Sequence record: OU343167.1
Length of the DNA: 64,000 nt
Reading direction: 5' to 3' (one strand)
Under the pieces are notes generated by a model. It had not been told where the DNA came from, did no database searches, and was given only the letters and a program-made list of their open reading frames with translations. The translations under genes and the position numbers were made by a program. The first letter of the stretch is position 1; each line of letters opens with the position of its first letter. Positions 18,856-29,625 of this stretch are shown piece after piece.

Positions 18856-20040
18856 ATGCCACTACCAATCGTAGCTAGTGCTATGGCTGGCGCAGCAGGC
18901 GCTGCTGCCGGTAGCCAAGCTTTTAAAGGTCTTATGACCACAGTCCTTAATGCGACCAAAAATAGCATGGAGATTAACTCCCTTGCAGATTTGACTCGCC
19001 CATGTCGAGTTGAACCACTTGCTATTATTGATAGCGTTCTGGTCGACCAACCTTACATGCAAGATATCCTTAAAATGGCACTTAGCCAATTCGCCGGATA
19101 TTATCTGCAAGCTGTTAATATGGTTCTTGGTGTAGGCAAAATCGATACTCTCAAAGTATTCGATAGCCTGAACCCGTACCGTTCTATTGGTGCTGATGTT
19201 AGTGGCGCTGTCTTCTCGAAAGAAAATTACATGAACGGTTTCCCGTCCCTCGAAGCGTTCAACCAAAAGATCCGTCCTGAACTGATTGCTGAATACTCTC
19301 AAGAAGCGTATGAGCAATCAAAAGACGATGATCGTAAGAAGGGTGATAGGGAAAAGAAAGAAGCTGCACCACGGATGTCTTCGGGTGATACTCAGAAAGT
19401 ATACGAAACCGAAAACCTAGCTGTGGGTAAACTACTGAACGTTGAAATTACCGATGGTGATGCTAAGGCTAAACTGCCTGTACTCATCCGTCTCATTCCG
19501 GCAGCAGTTCCGTCGCAGACTCTTACTCATATCTTTAGTGCCGGCGGACGTGATACTTGGAGCCATCGTCTGTTCCTGGTTAAAACTGGACAGATTCGTT
19601 TCTGGCGCGACTTCGTTCTTGGACAGGATATGATTGATGCACACTTTGCAGCTCTGATTTCCGATAAGTCCGGCGTTTACAAAGAGATCACTGATCGTCG
19701 TCGTAATAACCTGAGCAAGTCTGTTCAGACTGGCCGTGTTTCTATGGCAGATGCTTCTAACATTGCTGTCGTTTCGTCTACCACGATGAAAACAACTGCC
19801 AATGCTCTTTACGGTAAACTAGAAGATCCGAATACCCGTCGTAAGATCTTCGATAATAGCTATCTACTCATGTTGATCGTTGTTGATGAACGTTGGCAGC
19901 GTGTTACTATTTATCACCGTGGTGTGGATATTGCATCTAGCTTCCGCATCGATGAAGTGAAGATGGCTGAGAAATCTAAAGGTCAAGACATCACTGAAAT
20001 CTTTAAGATGTTCAGCAAACAGATGCAAACCAACATTTAA
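18856..20040 (+). CDS. virion head protein (phiKZ gp89-like)
   Basis: 394 aa; SLE/SQE sites mid-protein; synteny. Confidence 0.65.
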   Translation: MPLPIVASAMAGAAGAAAGSQAFKGLMTTVLNATKNSMEINSLADLTRPCRVEPLAIIDSVLVDQPYMQDILKMALSQFAGYYLQAVNMVLGVGKIDTLKVFDSLNPYRSIGADVSGAVFSKENYMNGFPSLEAFNQKIRPELIAEYSQEAYEQSKDDDRKKGDREKKEAAPRMSSGDTQKVYETENLAVGKLLNVEITDGDAKAKLPVLIRLIPAAVPSQTLTHIFSAGGRDTWSHRLFLVKTGQIRFWRDFVLGQDMIDAHFAALISDKSGVYKEITDRRRNNLSKSVQTGRVSMADASNIAVVSSTTMKTTANALYGKLEDPNTRRKIFDNSYLLMLIVVDERWQRVTIYHRGVDIASSFRIDEVKMAEKSKGQDITEIFKMFSKQMQTNI

Positions 20041-20055
20041 CCAAGGACATGACCA

Positions 20056-20949
20056 ATGAGTATTCTTAACTATGTCCAGCAGCTTGCACCTGTAATGGAG
20101 CGCCGTCAACTGCTGAACGTTCTGGATCAACTCCAGACCGAATATGACGATACCCTTGCCCCGATTGTTTCTGATGTTCGGGAAGCTTTCCAAGGTATCC
20201 CGCTGAAGTCTAACCTCGCCAAACGAATGGAAAACGTTCTTCGTCGTGGTATTACTTTTAACCAGCCGGCTATCGATCTGATGCTGGGTTCTCTCGATAA
20301 CATTCGTGGTAACTTCGAAGTTATTCGTAAAGAAATCCGTAGTCTATTCTCGATCCAATTCACTAATACAAACCTGACATTCGATCGAGCTAACATGCTC
20401 AAGTTCATCGAAGGTCTGGCTTTCTATATTCGATTTGGTCGTAAATATCTGCTGTTCCTTGTTGCCCAAGAAGCTGCCCTACATGGGAAGGCTACCCGCG
20501 CTGCATGGACGTCGGCTGAATCCGATTGGATCGATACCAACATGGAACAGTTCGCTGCACTGTATCCGGCGATGACTCTTCAACCTCAAGCACTGAAGCA
20601 AAAGCTTAATGCTGCTTCTAATGCTACAGTTGACGAATCGACTTTCCAAGTTGCACAGCAGAATCTTGGACTTACCAAAACTGATCCTCTGGGTATGGCT
20701 GGTTTCTCTCCTCGTCAGAATCCCTTCTTGATCATCGGTAAGCTGATTGCAGAGATGCAGGCTGAGCGATATAACGTGGCACAAGAAGAGTACTATGGTC
20801 TTCAACTTCGGTTGGAAGAACTACGTGCACTTCTGGCTAAAGAACCGACCAGCCCTGTTCTGCAAAAACAGATCGAAGCTTACGAGCGTCGTATCTCCGC
20901 GTATGAATACGAGATCAATAAGATCGAAGAACGCGCTGGCGTACAATAA
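20056..20949 (+). CDS. virion head protein (phiKZ gp90-like)
   Basis: 297 aa, helical, coiled-coil C-terminus; AGGA RBS; synteny. Confidence 0.65.
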   Translation: MSILNYVQQLAPVMERRQLLNVLDQLQTEYDDTLAPIVSDVREAFQGIPLKSNLAKRMENVLRRGITFNQPAIDLMLGSLDNIRGNFEVIRKEIRSLFSIQFTNTNLTFDRANMLKFIEGLAFYIRFGRKYLLFLVAQEAALHGKATRAAWTSAESDWIDTNMEQFAALYPAMTLQPQALKQKLNAASNATVDESTFQVAQQNLGLTKTDPLGMAGFSPRQNPFLIIGKLIAEMQAERYNVAQEEYYGLQLRLEELRALLAKEPTSPVLQKQIEAYERRISAYEYEINKIEERAGVQ

Positions 20950-20959
20950 GGAGTTGACA

Positions 20960-21493
20960 ATGCCTACTAATGCAGTCAAACCTTTCGATGCTAATCGTGA
21001 GTATTCTGGCGGTCAAGCTAAAGCTCAACAACGTTTCACTATGCGTCAAGGTGATCCGCGTGTTGTTGAACTTATGGTTGAATATACCAACTTTCCTCGC
21101 CGCGCTGTGTATTGGGAATTCCGTAAACGTGTAATTGATCTCGCTCTTATTAAATTCTCGGGTAACTATAACTGGTTTATCCGTCAAGATAATAATGCCA
21201 TGATTGCTGATCACAATTACGCATTCCTGCAAGATACTGTACGGTTTATTGCCACAGGTAAACGTCGAGTGAATATCCATGCATGGCCAATGCTACTTAC
21301 AGCAGAACCGCCAGCGGGTGTTCAACTAATCGAAGATCGTCGGGATATCGCTGAACTTTTCCTAAGCTACAATCTTTCTCCGAACGAGAACGACATGCTT
21401 CAGGAATGGCTCAAGAAGAAAGGTGGCTTCGATGATCTCATGTACACAATGAACATGTTGTTTGGTAGTGTACCTGAAAAAATCAATAAGTAA
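20960..21493 (+). CDS. conserved protein (gp91-like)
   Basis: True start likely ATG 20960 (AGGAG RBS) within ORF 20747..21493. Confidence 0.7.
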   Translation: MPTNAVKPFDANREYSGGQAKAQQRFTMRQGDPRVVELMVEYTNFPRRAVYWEFRKRVIDLALIKFSGNYNWFIRQDNNAMIADHNYAFLQDTVRFIATGKRRVNIHAWPMLLTAEPPAGVQLIEDRRDIAELFLSYNLSPNENDMLQEWLKKKGGFDDLMYTMNMLFGSVPEKINK

Positions 21494-21503
21494 GGAGGGG
21501 TCC

Positions 21504-22802
21504 ATGGTTGACTCAGTTAACCATTCCCAACCTAACGCAGTCGACGGGGTAACACCCGTCGATCTGTCCGTCTCGATTGAAGATGAATTCAACGAGTTCG
21601 ATGCTTGTGCTGAAAAACTTGATAAGTTAATGATGGGGATGGAAACCATAGAGCGACTCGATACATTTATCCAGTCTAACTATGACACAGCCAGTCCTGA
21701 GATGTTAGCTTATGCTGTTGAGAAATTCGGTCTCACTGACGTTGTCTCTACAGAAGACATTAGTGATTCGAGCAGGCAGGTTTGGGAACGTACTAAGTTA
21801 GAAATAAAGAGAGCGAATAGTGACCTATATGGCTACGCTAAAGTACTGATGGCTGGTATAGATCGTACTGTAGAACGAATCACTATGCTTTATGAGATGG
21901 CTTCGAACTTAAATGGAACTAAACCATTTAAATCGGAGATTGAACTGAGAAAGGCAAAGAAGTTTAATATCAATGGCGAGTTTAAACCATTGGATATTCG
22001 ACCTGTTCTGGAACAAACACAAAACACCATTGATTTCTATGATAAGGTGTTCATGCCTTATCTCACTGCGATCGACAAAACATTCAATAATCTTACCCTT
22101 GATCAAGAGTGGACAGATGACTCCACTATTCGGTTTGAAATATTCAATGCGAAACGTTGGATGAAGGGGGCTATTGAAGTCGACCAAGACGACAGGTTTA
22201 GAGTCAATGCTACTTTGTTCCGTTCTGAGTTAACTCAGGGTAATAAGGCTCTTTATTTCTCTGGTCCGAGTGAAACTAAGACTGAGCAACTTAAAGATTG
22301 GCAGTTTATGGTAAACTCCATTCGGGACTTCCGTTTTAAGTATTACACTGTACCAGAACAGAAACTATTAAATGAGCAAGATAACAAAGTTGAAGTGTCG
22401 AATATAAACGCTGTTCGTCAGCGTTTAGGAGTACTACTTGGATTAGCTAAACGCTTACAATCGCGCAAAGGCTATGACCAAAAGATCTCTGCTCAACTTC
22501 GTAAACTTGAACAATCCGCTGAAAAGATTAGAGTAAAAGCTGGACAACTTCGCCAAAGTCAAGGTCGTAAAAAACCTGGCGCTGAGGAAAGAGATGAAGC
22601 CCGGCCATCCGTATCTAATGTCGTTAACGATCTAACAATGATCCTTAATAATGTCATGCGGATGATCATTGACTATAACAACACTCTCGCTGGTATGATT
22701 CGCTTAATTGCAGGTTTGGCTATGGTAGCCGACCTTGAACTTAAGGCGTATCAGGCTCCTCTTCGCAAACCTACGGAAGAAGAACAGAAGCGTTTGGGTT
22801 GA
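21504..22802 (+). CDS. virion head/inner-body protein (gp92-like)
   Basis: ATG 21504 with AGGAGG RBS; SIE, GME, STE sites in N-terminal region. Confidence 0.7.
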   Translation: MVDSVNHSQPNAVDGVTPVDLSVSIEDEFNEFDACAEKLDKLMMGMETIERLDTFIQSNYDTASPEMLAYAVEKFGLTDVVSTEDISDSSRQVWERTKLEIKRANSDLYGYAKVLMAGIDRTVERITMLYEMASNLNGTKPFKSEIELRKAKKFNINGEFKPLDIRPVLEQTQNTIDFYDKVFMPYLTAIDKTFNNLTLDQEWTDDSTIRFEIFNAKRWMKGAIEVDQDDRFRVNATLFRSELTQGNKALYFSGPSETKTEQLKDWQFMVNSIRDFRFKYYTVPEQKLLNEQDNKVEVSNINAVRQRLGVLLGLAKRLQSRKGYDQKISAQLRKLEQSAEKIRVKAGQLRQSQGRKKPGAEERDEARPSVSNVVNDLTMILNNVMRMIIDYNNTLAGMIRLIAGLAMVADLELKAYQAPLRKPTEEEQKRLG

Positions 22803-22870
22803 TGACATATTGGGGAACCACACGGTTCCCCTTTATGCTATGTTATCTATTCACATGTCAGAGAATCGAA

Positions 22871-25525
22871 ATGACTATTCACAATCTGAACAAACATCTT
22901 GGTGGTGGTAAAGCCACCTCCTCAAACGAAGCTATTGCTGATGGCGTAGCTCGCGAAGTACCAGTTGATACAGTTGATACTTCTGTAAAAGCCTTGACCA
23001 CTACCAAAGATCTACCAGAAAATCCAGAAGAAGGTGCTGTTTATCACGTTAACGGTGTTGACTGGGTATTCGTTAAAGGTGAATGGGTCACGCGTCAAGG
23101 TATTTATGGCCACGAAGATTTTGGCGATGCGCATGAACCTCTGTGGGATGGTACTGGTGAGAAACCTAATATCGAAACACAGAGAGCAGAATCTGAAGTT
23201 GTCCGAGAAAATAGTGATGAACCTGCAATCACTCCTGAGGGTACCAATGAGTCCACGGAACAGGTTGTAAGTGAAACTGAACAAGTTGAAGAAGTAGTTG
23301 AAGAAAACGCTACTCCTGAACCTATCGTTAATCCAGCCTCTCCTAGTGAGACTATGGAAGAAGCTACTTCTGAAACGGAAGCCGAGAGTGAGTCAGTGGT
23401 TGAACCCACCGTACATGAACAGGTAGAAGCCCATGAAGCAGCAGCTAACCCCATCGAAGAGATTGAGGAAAGCGAGACCCAGGAAGAAGAGAAACCCTCG
23501 ACAGAAAACGTTGACGGGGAACCTCTAGCTCATCCCGTTGAAGAAGATAAGCCTGTTGAAGTAATGGAACCTTCTGATGTGGGTATGTGTGAAGAAACTA
23601 TGTTGGCACATGATCGCATCGGTCAAGTGGCGAATAGTATCGATCAGTTGCATACAGCACAGACTGCTCTAGAAGCTTATCACGATGTCGTTAAGACTGG
23701 TCGTGTATCTAAGCAATCTGCCGCAGTACTTCATAAAGGTCTTGTTCATATTGATCGGACTTTTAATCTCAAGGTCAAAGCAACAGGACTTGAGGCATTC
23801 GATACTACTCCTCGTTCGGCAATGGAATCTGTCGATATTGATGATGAGACTATCACTGGACGAATGAAGCAGATCGGTGGGGCAGTCTACAAAAAGATTC
23901 AAGAACTTCTCGCCAAGCTGATCGAATACATTAAGAACTTTGATCTAAAGCGTAAACAATCTGAAGCTAAAGTAGACAAGCTGCTTTCTCAGATCAGTGA
24001 TGTACCGCGCAACGCGATTCCTGAAAACGAAAAGATTAAAGTATCGAAAGCTAAGTTCTTCTATGCCGGCGGTAAATTCGTTGGCACTGATACAAGTGCA
24101 GAAGTAGCTGTTATTGATCTAGCTGTATCTGCTGCCATGGCAATGCAGTCTAACGTTGTATTCCTTGGTCAACAACTTGCTAAGATGGAAGCGACTAGTG
24201 ATGGTGTGAACGAGTTCAGAAATGTTATTGAAACACGTCTGAGTCAGAACCGTGATCACGTTGAGAAAGATCTTCCAGGTGGTGGTAAAATCATTCGAGA
24301 AGGCCATGCCCTTATTCTTGAGCGTGGTGAAGATGAACATGCAGGTGAAGAACTAGATGCTCTTTCTCGTACTGATATCGAGAAAGCTTTGAAGTCACTT
24401 CAGAAGTTCTATCAGAATGCAGGTAAGTCTGACCGTATTTCTCGAATTGTAGATTCTGCTCGTACTAAGTCACAAGAAGCAATTAAAGCTGCACGTACTG
24501 GTGGTGATGAACGTTATGTTCAAGAGCTACAACAACTTTACGTTACAGCTGTAGCAGATATGATCAAAGAGATGAATCTCCAGATGGTAACTGCTCTTGT
24601 TACTTATACGTCTTCTGGTAAAGCCATGTATCTTGAAGCATGCCTTGAGAACCTTAAAGTGCAAGGTGCTGGCATGGAGTCTCACGATCCGTTCGTATTC
24701 TCTAATGAAGGCCTCTTTACCGAAATCGGTCACTTCTTCAACGCTATGATTCATGGGCGTAAAGAAGATCTTAAGCCAGAGCAGTACAATGCGGTTAAGA
24801 GCAAGATCTCTAAAACGTTTGGTGATCCGAATTGGCTGAAGAATCGTCGTTTCATTGAAGGCGATATTAAGTTCAAAGGAGATCCTTCTCTTGGGGATAA
24901 CTTCAAACAAGTAATCGCTAAGGCAGTTGGTCAACTTAACCAGGCTGCCCGTGGTAACGCAGCTGTGTTTACCCGAGCTGCTAACTCCGTTAAGCCATAT
25001 ACTGACTTCCTAATCAAGATGGAATATCGTAACCATCCTGAGAAGACTCAGAAAATGTACGACGGCATGCCAAGCTTTGATAAGAATAAGTTCAAACCCG
25101 TTAAATATAACAGTGGTATGGCACATTCTTACGTAGACGTTACTCTTCCTGCAATGACTCCAGAACAGGTAGCCTCAGCCGCAGATGAGATCATTAAAGC
25201 TATTGATTATATCACTGGCTATTGGAAAACATCTATGGGCAAAGAGTGGTGGGATACTTTCAACGTTGAGAATGAGTACGGTCTATTTGGTCGATTTATT
25301 CCAGCGCACATGGAAGGTTCCGGTAAGTACACGGATGTTATCCGTAACATTGCTACGTACACTAAAGGTGAAGACCAGAAATGGTGTGTTAAGCTTGCCA
25401 GTAAGATTGCTGAATTCGCTGATGATGGCGAAGCCACATTCTTCAAAGAAGGCGGTGGTCAGTGGGAATTCTATTTCACTTACATCCGCGGTCTAATCAA
25501 CTGGATGGATGCTTCCACCCGTTAA
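22871..25525 (+). CDS. inner-body/ejection protein (gp93-family), acidic propeptide plus two mature-type domains
   Basis: ATG 22871; TALEAY...VSKQSAAVL...GLEAF...SAMES propeptide motif; second GMES/SNEG site internally. Confidence 0.75.
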   Translation: MTIHNLNKHLGGGKATSSNEAIADGVAREVPVDTVDTSVKALTTTKDLPENPEEGAVYHVNGVDWVFVKGEWVTRQGIYGHEDFGDAHEPLWDGTGEKPNIETQRAESEVVRENSDEPAITPEGTNESTEQVVSETEQVEEVVEENATPEPIVNPASPSETMEEATSETEAESESVVEPTVHEQVEAHEAAANPIEEIEESETQEEEKPSTENVDGEPLAHPVEEDKPVEVMEPSDVGMCEETMLAHDRIGQVANSIDQLHTAQTALEAYHDVVKTGRVSKQSAAVLHKGLVHIDRTFNLKVKATGLEAFDTTPRSAMESVDIDDETITGRMKQIGGAVYKKIQELLAKLIEYIKNFDLKRKQSEAKVDKLLSQISDVPRNAIPENEKIKVSKAKFFYAGGKFVGTDTSAEVAVIDLAVSAAMAMQSNVVFLGQQLAKMEATSDGVNEFRNVIETRLSQNRDHVEKDLPGGGKIIREGHALILERGEDEHAGEELDALSRTDIEKALKSLQKFYQNAGKSDRISRIVDSARTKSQEAIKAARTGGDERYVQELQQLYVTAVADMIKEMNLQMVTALVTYTSSGKAMYLEACLENLKVQGAGMESHDPFVFSNEGLFTEIGHFFNAMIHGRKEDLKPEQYNAVKSKISKTFGDPNWLKNRRFIEGDIKFKGDPSLGDNFKQVIAKAVGQLNQAARGNAAVFTRAANSVKPYTDFLIKMEYRNHPEKTQKMYDGMPSFDKNKFKPVKYNSGMAHSYVDVTLPAMTPEQVASAADEIIKAIDYITGYWKTSMGKEWWDTFNVENEYGLFGRFIPAHMEGSGKYTDVIRNIATYTKGEDQKWCVKLASKIAEFADDGEATFFKEGGGQWEFYFTYIRGLINWMDASTR

Positions 25526-25526
25526 A

Positions 25527-25554
25527 GCATGGGGAGCTTCGGCTCCCTTTATGC
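25527..25554 (+). terminator. hairpin terminator
   Basis: GCATGGGGAGC-TTCG-GCTCCCTTTATGC. Confidence 0.75.
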
Positions 25555-25584
25555 TATGTAAACTAATTCTATTTCGAGGCTAAC

Positions 25585-26847
25585 ATGCTTGACACTGAAA
25601 TGCCCTGTACTGTAAATACAGAACCTGCTGAAACAATCATCGAACCAGCGGAAGATATCCAGGTAGAGATTGAAGACGTATCTGATTTCCAAAACGATGT
25701 AGCTGAACAAGAAGTTGTAGAATCCGAAGACCTCGAAGGTGTCGCTGAATCTCTAGAAGCTTATTCTCAACTCCTTAAACAAGCTGGTGACAAAGGTATC
25801 ACTAAACAATCTGCTGCAATGATGCGAATTGGCATGAAACAGATTGATGCGCGGCTCAATATCAAACGAGAAGCACTTAGCCTGGAAGGCTTTAAAACGT
25901 GCACTATGCGCGATGGACTACAAACCACTACTGTTTCCATGGAAGATGTCAAAGAGCGCGTTAAAGAGCTTGGTAAGCGCATTGTAGAGTTCATTGCTAG
26001 GCTGATTGAACGAGCGAAGGCGATTTACCAAAAACTGGCTGGTCCTAAAGTTAAAACACAAAAGGCAGCACAACAACTAATTGCTGCTTCTCGTGCCTTC
26101 CCTGCTTATCCTGGCGGTAAGATGCGTGGCTCTGTTCCAGAAAATGTTTCGGAAGATCTTAAGAAGAAAGCTGCTGAGATTAAAGAGCGTAAAGGTGATA
26201 TCGACGAAGAATCTAAGAAGATTCGTATTGAAGATACCACTAACATTGTTGCCGATGGAGAGAACACTTACGACACCATCACAACTGAAAAGGCTTACGC
26301 TGTATTCCTCTACGATCGTCTTCCCAAAGCACTAATGTCCGTGATGAAATTTGCCAAAGATAATGTTGGTAAAGGCGATGCTTCTGAATATATTGAAAGT
26401 GTTCTAGATCACACCCACAGTGAAATGACAAAAGTTGTTCAAGCCTCTATCGGTCAAGATTTCCTACCCGGTAGTATCCGTCTTTCGTGGGATATGGAAA
26501 ACCTAGGCTTTAAGATTATTCAGGGTACTGACTCGAATGGACCTATTGAGGTTGATCTCCGTCCAGCAAGTGCTATCACTAAATTTGCTCAGGAATGTGA
26601 AACTGTTCTAGCTGTCATGACCGATGATGCATCTGTAAATCGGCACAATGGTGAACTTCAACAGCTATCGGACTCCCTCGGTGCAAAACTAGTGACTGAG
26701 CTGGACGACCCAGCTGTATTTGGTGCCATCACAAGTCTAATCACTAAGATCCGTTCTCTCGATGTTCTTGCTCAAGTTGAACGTCAGATTGTTACCTCTG
26801 TTTTTGCGAAACTAGCTATCGCTAAACACGAGCTAACTAAGTACTAA
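25585..26847 (+). CDS. inner-body protein (gp94/95-family paralogue)
   Basis: 420 aa; SLEAY...GITKQSAAMM...SLEGF...SMED-VKERVKELGK propeptide/cleavage pattern. Confidence 0.8.
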   Translation: MLDTEMPCTVNTEPAETIIEPAEDIQVEIEDVSDFQNDVAEQEVVESEDLEGVAESLEAYSQLLKQAGDKGITKQSAAMMRIGMKQIDARLNIKREALSLEGFKTCTMRDGLQTTTVSMEDVKERVKELGKRIVEFIARLIERAKAIYQKLAGPKVKTQKAAQQLIAASRAFPAYPGGKMRGSVPENVSEDLKKKAAEIKERKGDIDEESKKIRIEDTTNIVADGENTYDTITTEKAYAVFLYDRLPKALMSVMKFAKDNVGKGDASEYIESVLDHTHSEMTKVVQASIGQDFLPGSIRLSWDMENLGFKIIQGTDSNGPIEVDLRPASAITKFAQECETVLAVMTDDASVNRHNGELQQLSDSLGAKLVTELDDPAVFGAITSLITKIRSLDVLAQVERQIVTSVFAKLAIAKHELTKY

Positions 26848-26878
26848 CATAAATGCCCTCCCTATGGAGGGCTTTATG
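26847..26878 (+). terminator. hairpin terminator
   Basis: ACATAAATGCCCTCC-CTAT-GGAGGGCTTTATG. Confidence 0.75.
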
Positions 26879-26921
26879 ACTGCTATGCCAAATTCTATGT
26901 TTAACATAACGAGAAATCAAA

Positions 26922-28082
26922 ATGGACACTCGTCAGAATCCAGCAAATCGCCCGCAATTAAAAGATAGTCCTCAGGAAGAACTTCCGGATATGATCGTCA
27001 ATGATCATGAACAAGAATTCAAAGATTTGTTTGAAGCCCATATCGCTATTGAAGCTTATCTTGATCAATTAACTGATGCAGGTCGAGATGGCCTAAGTTT
27101 ACAAACTCGTAAGTTCATGGCTATTGGTCTTGAGCATATAGACCGTATTCTTGGTAAACAAGAACGTGTATCGATTGAAGCACTTCTTACTGATCCAACT
27201 ATTTCACAAGAGTCACTAGTTGATCGTTTAAAAGAGGTGGGTAGAAAAATCCTTGAGCTCATCGAAAAGATAATCGATGAAGCTAAACTACTCGCGCAAC
27301 GTGTTATCTCTGGTATCAGCTCAACTGAAAAGAAAACAGAAGAGCTTCTTAAGTTAGCTCAACAGAGCAGCAATAAGAAAGCCAGTATGGAATTCCATGA
27401 CAACGGTACAACTATCACTGTTAATGGAGCTTCCAAGCTTTTTGCAGGCTCTGAGTTCTGCCTGGATGATTTCAAAGCTGAAACCACTGTAATGAAGTTC
27501 TTCATTAATACTTACCCGAAGTACCTTGTCGATAATATTAATCGGCTATGTAAGTCCCTTAAGAGTTACGATGTAGAAACTGGTGATATCACGACATTTG
27601 AAGCGAACTCGGAATTCATTGGTAAGCATACCAGTATTATTCATCCGCTCAAAGATGTTGTTCTACCGGGTAACTATGTTATCCATTTCCGCGACGTATC
27701 TCTTCTACCAATGGTCATCCATGATGAGGATATGACCAGCGGGCCAGAAACATATGAACATCCAGTGCGCAGTCGATTGGAAATCCAAAAGACTCTTAAA
27801 CAGAATCTGGTCGTTACAAATAGCCTTGGTGAACTCTTTAAAGAGGAAGCTAAGGTACTTGAGCAAATGAAATGTCTAACCAAAGATCTTATTGCATTGG
27901 AAGATCGTCGTGGTGAGACAGTATGGAAAAGATCTCGGGATGCTCTAGATCGAGTGTCTAGTATTGTAATGGATCTTATTCCGAAATTACGGCCGAACTA
28001 TGGTCCAATTGTTGCACGTATTAATGCTATCACTAACATTCGAAATAAAGTGTGTGAATTAGAGCTCAGTGCGACCTCTTAA
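26922..28082 (+). CDS. inner-body protein paralogue
   Basis: 386 aa; AIEAY...GLSLQT...SIE...SQES-LVDRLKEVGR. Confidence 0.75.
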   Translation: MDTRQNPANRPQLKDSPQEELPDMIVNDHEQEFKDLFEAHIAIEAYLDQLTDAGRDGLSLQTRKFMAIGLEHIDRILGKQERVSIEALLTDPTISQESLVDRLKEVGRKILELIEKIIDEAKLLAQRVISGISSTEKKTEELLKLAQQSSNKKASMEFHDNGTTITVNGASKLFAGSEFCLDDFKAETTVMKFFINTYPKYLVDNINRLCKSLKSYDVETGDITTFEANSEFIGKHTSIIHPLKDVVLPGNYVIHFRDVSLLPMVIHDEDMTSGPETYEHPVRSRLEIQKTLKQNLVVTNSLGELFKEEAKVLEQMKCLTKDLIALEDRRGETVWKRSRDALDRVSSIVMDLIPKLRPNYGPIVARINAITNIRNKVCELELSATS

Positions 28083-28142
28083 CCAATTCTATGGTTATTA
28101 ACAATCATCATCGCGCGATGATTCTCCTCCGAGGAAAATGTA

Positions 28143-29576
28143 ATGCTACGATCCATTCATAAATACGTCGGTTCTCTAGAAGAATTCAAAGAAGAACCGA
28201 TTACTCCAGAAGTTGCTGCTGTTGCAGAAGCTCCTTTGGAAACACAAGAAGTAGAAGTCATCGAAGCACCGACCAATGTGGTCGATGAGGCTCCTGTTGA
28301 ATTACCCGTTCCGACACCTGTACCCGAAATTGGTGCAGTTGGTACCGATACTGTTGTAGAAACCGAGCCGGTTGAAGTACCTGCTGAGATTGCTCCTATC
28401 GAAGGTCCAGTTGACGTTACTGAAGCTGTTGGTGAAATCGATGCTGTATCGCATGCTCACGTTGAAAAAGAAATCCTTGAACAACGTGCAGATGAACTGA
28501 TTGAAACGCAACATGCCCTTGAAGCGTATTCTGGTCTACTGCGTCAAGCTCGTGGGGAGATTTCTCAACAGACGGCAGCATTCCTTCGTGTTGGTATTAA
28601 ACAAGCTGAACGTGTTCTTGGTACTAATCAAGTATCCACAGGACTTGAAAACTATAATGCCGGCGAACGTTCTGATATTCTTCGTGCAGAAATTTCTGTA
28701 GAAGATATTAAAGAATACGCCAACAAGGCATTTGAGAAACTGAAAGAAATCATCGAGAAGATCATTGACGCCATTATTGGTGGTATCGATAATCTGATGA
28801 ACGGTATCTCCAAAGCAGATAAAGTTGTCACTCAACTCGAAGAGATTCTTGCTTCTGGTGGTAATCTCTGGACCGGTACAGGTAAGACCTTTGTTCTTAA
28901 CAATCCGGCACCTGTCTTTGCGAATGGTAAATCCAAACTTGGTGATACCAAAGTTCTCAGTGGTCTAGCTCATTTCTCGGCTTACGTATACCCGGCCGCT
29001 GTTAAGAAATACTACGAGAACCTTGCTAAACTTATTAGCGGTTATAACGTAGTTAAAGGTGATGGCGAAGAGATGTCGGAGAAGTTGTACAAAGCTACCG
29101 CTCCTCTTGATGACATCTACGGTGCAAACTACGATATCTTCCCTGGTAACATGCGTGTTGAACTTCAAGCAGACGGTATCGTTTACGGTATTGGTCCAGC
29201 CACTTCTGCCAAAGAAGCACCGGCGGAATTTGAAGTTAAAGTATCCAGTCCAAGTACTCTGCGTACCAATACGAAACGCCTTCGCGATATCATCGAGATT
29301 CTGAAAGCAGCTCGCGATGAACACGTTAAGATCAAAGAAGGTGCTGAAGCCCTTAAGAAAGCAGTTAGTAAAATCGAAGATCAGCTTAACAATGAAGATC
29401 TCGACGATGCATCTAAAGCTGCTGCTCGAAAAGTAACTCAGACTGCACTGGAACTGATTCGTGAATCCAACCCGCGTTCTCGTGAAATCATCCGGTATGT
29501 AACCCGTACTGTTGTTGCATACGCTTCTGTTTATATTCAAGAAGCTAAGCTGCATAAAGAGCCGGCTAAAGACTAA
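28143..29576 (+). CDS. inner-body protein paralogue (gp95-family)
   Basis: 477 aa; ALEAY...ISQQTAAFL...GLENY...SVED-IKEYANKAF. Confidence 0.8.
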   Translation: MLRSIHKYVGSLEEFKEEPITPEVAAVAEAPLETQEVEVIEAPTNVVDEAPVELPVPTPVPEIGAVGTDTVVETEPVEVPAEIAPIEGPVDVTEAVGEIDAVSHAHVEKEILEQRADELIETQHALEAYSGLLRQARGEISQQTAAFLRVGIKQAERVLGTNQVSTGLENYNAGERSDILRAEISVEDIKEYANKAFEKLKEIIEKIIDAIIGGIDNLMNGISKADKVVTQLEEILASGGNLWTGTGKTFVLNNPAPVFANGKSKLGDTKVLSGLAHFSAYVYPAAVKKYYENLAKLISGYNVVKGDGEEMSEKLYKATAPLDDIYGANYDIFPGNMRVELQADGIVYGIGPATSAKEAPAEFEVKVSSPSTLRTNTKRLRDIIEILKAARDEHVKIKEGAEALKKAVSKIEDQLNNEDLDDASKAAARKVTQTALELIRESNPRSREIIRYVTRTVVAYASVYIQEAKLHKEPAKD

Positions 29577-29577
29577 G

Positions 29578-29612
29578 ACATAGACGGGGCTCTTCGGAGT
29601 CCCGTCTTATGT
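29578..29612 (+). terminator. hairpin terminator
   Basis: ACATAGACGGGGCTC-TTCG-GAGTCCCGTCTTATGT. Confidence 0.8.
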
Positions 29613-29625
29613 TCAGGAGTTAACA

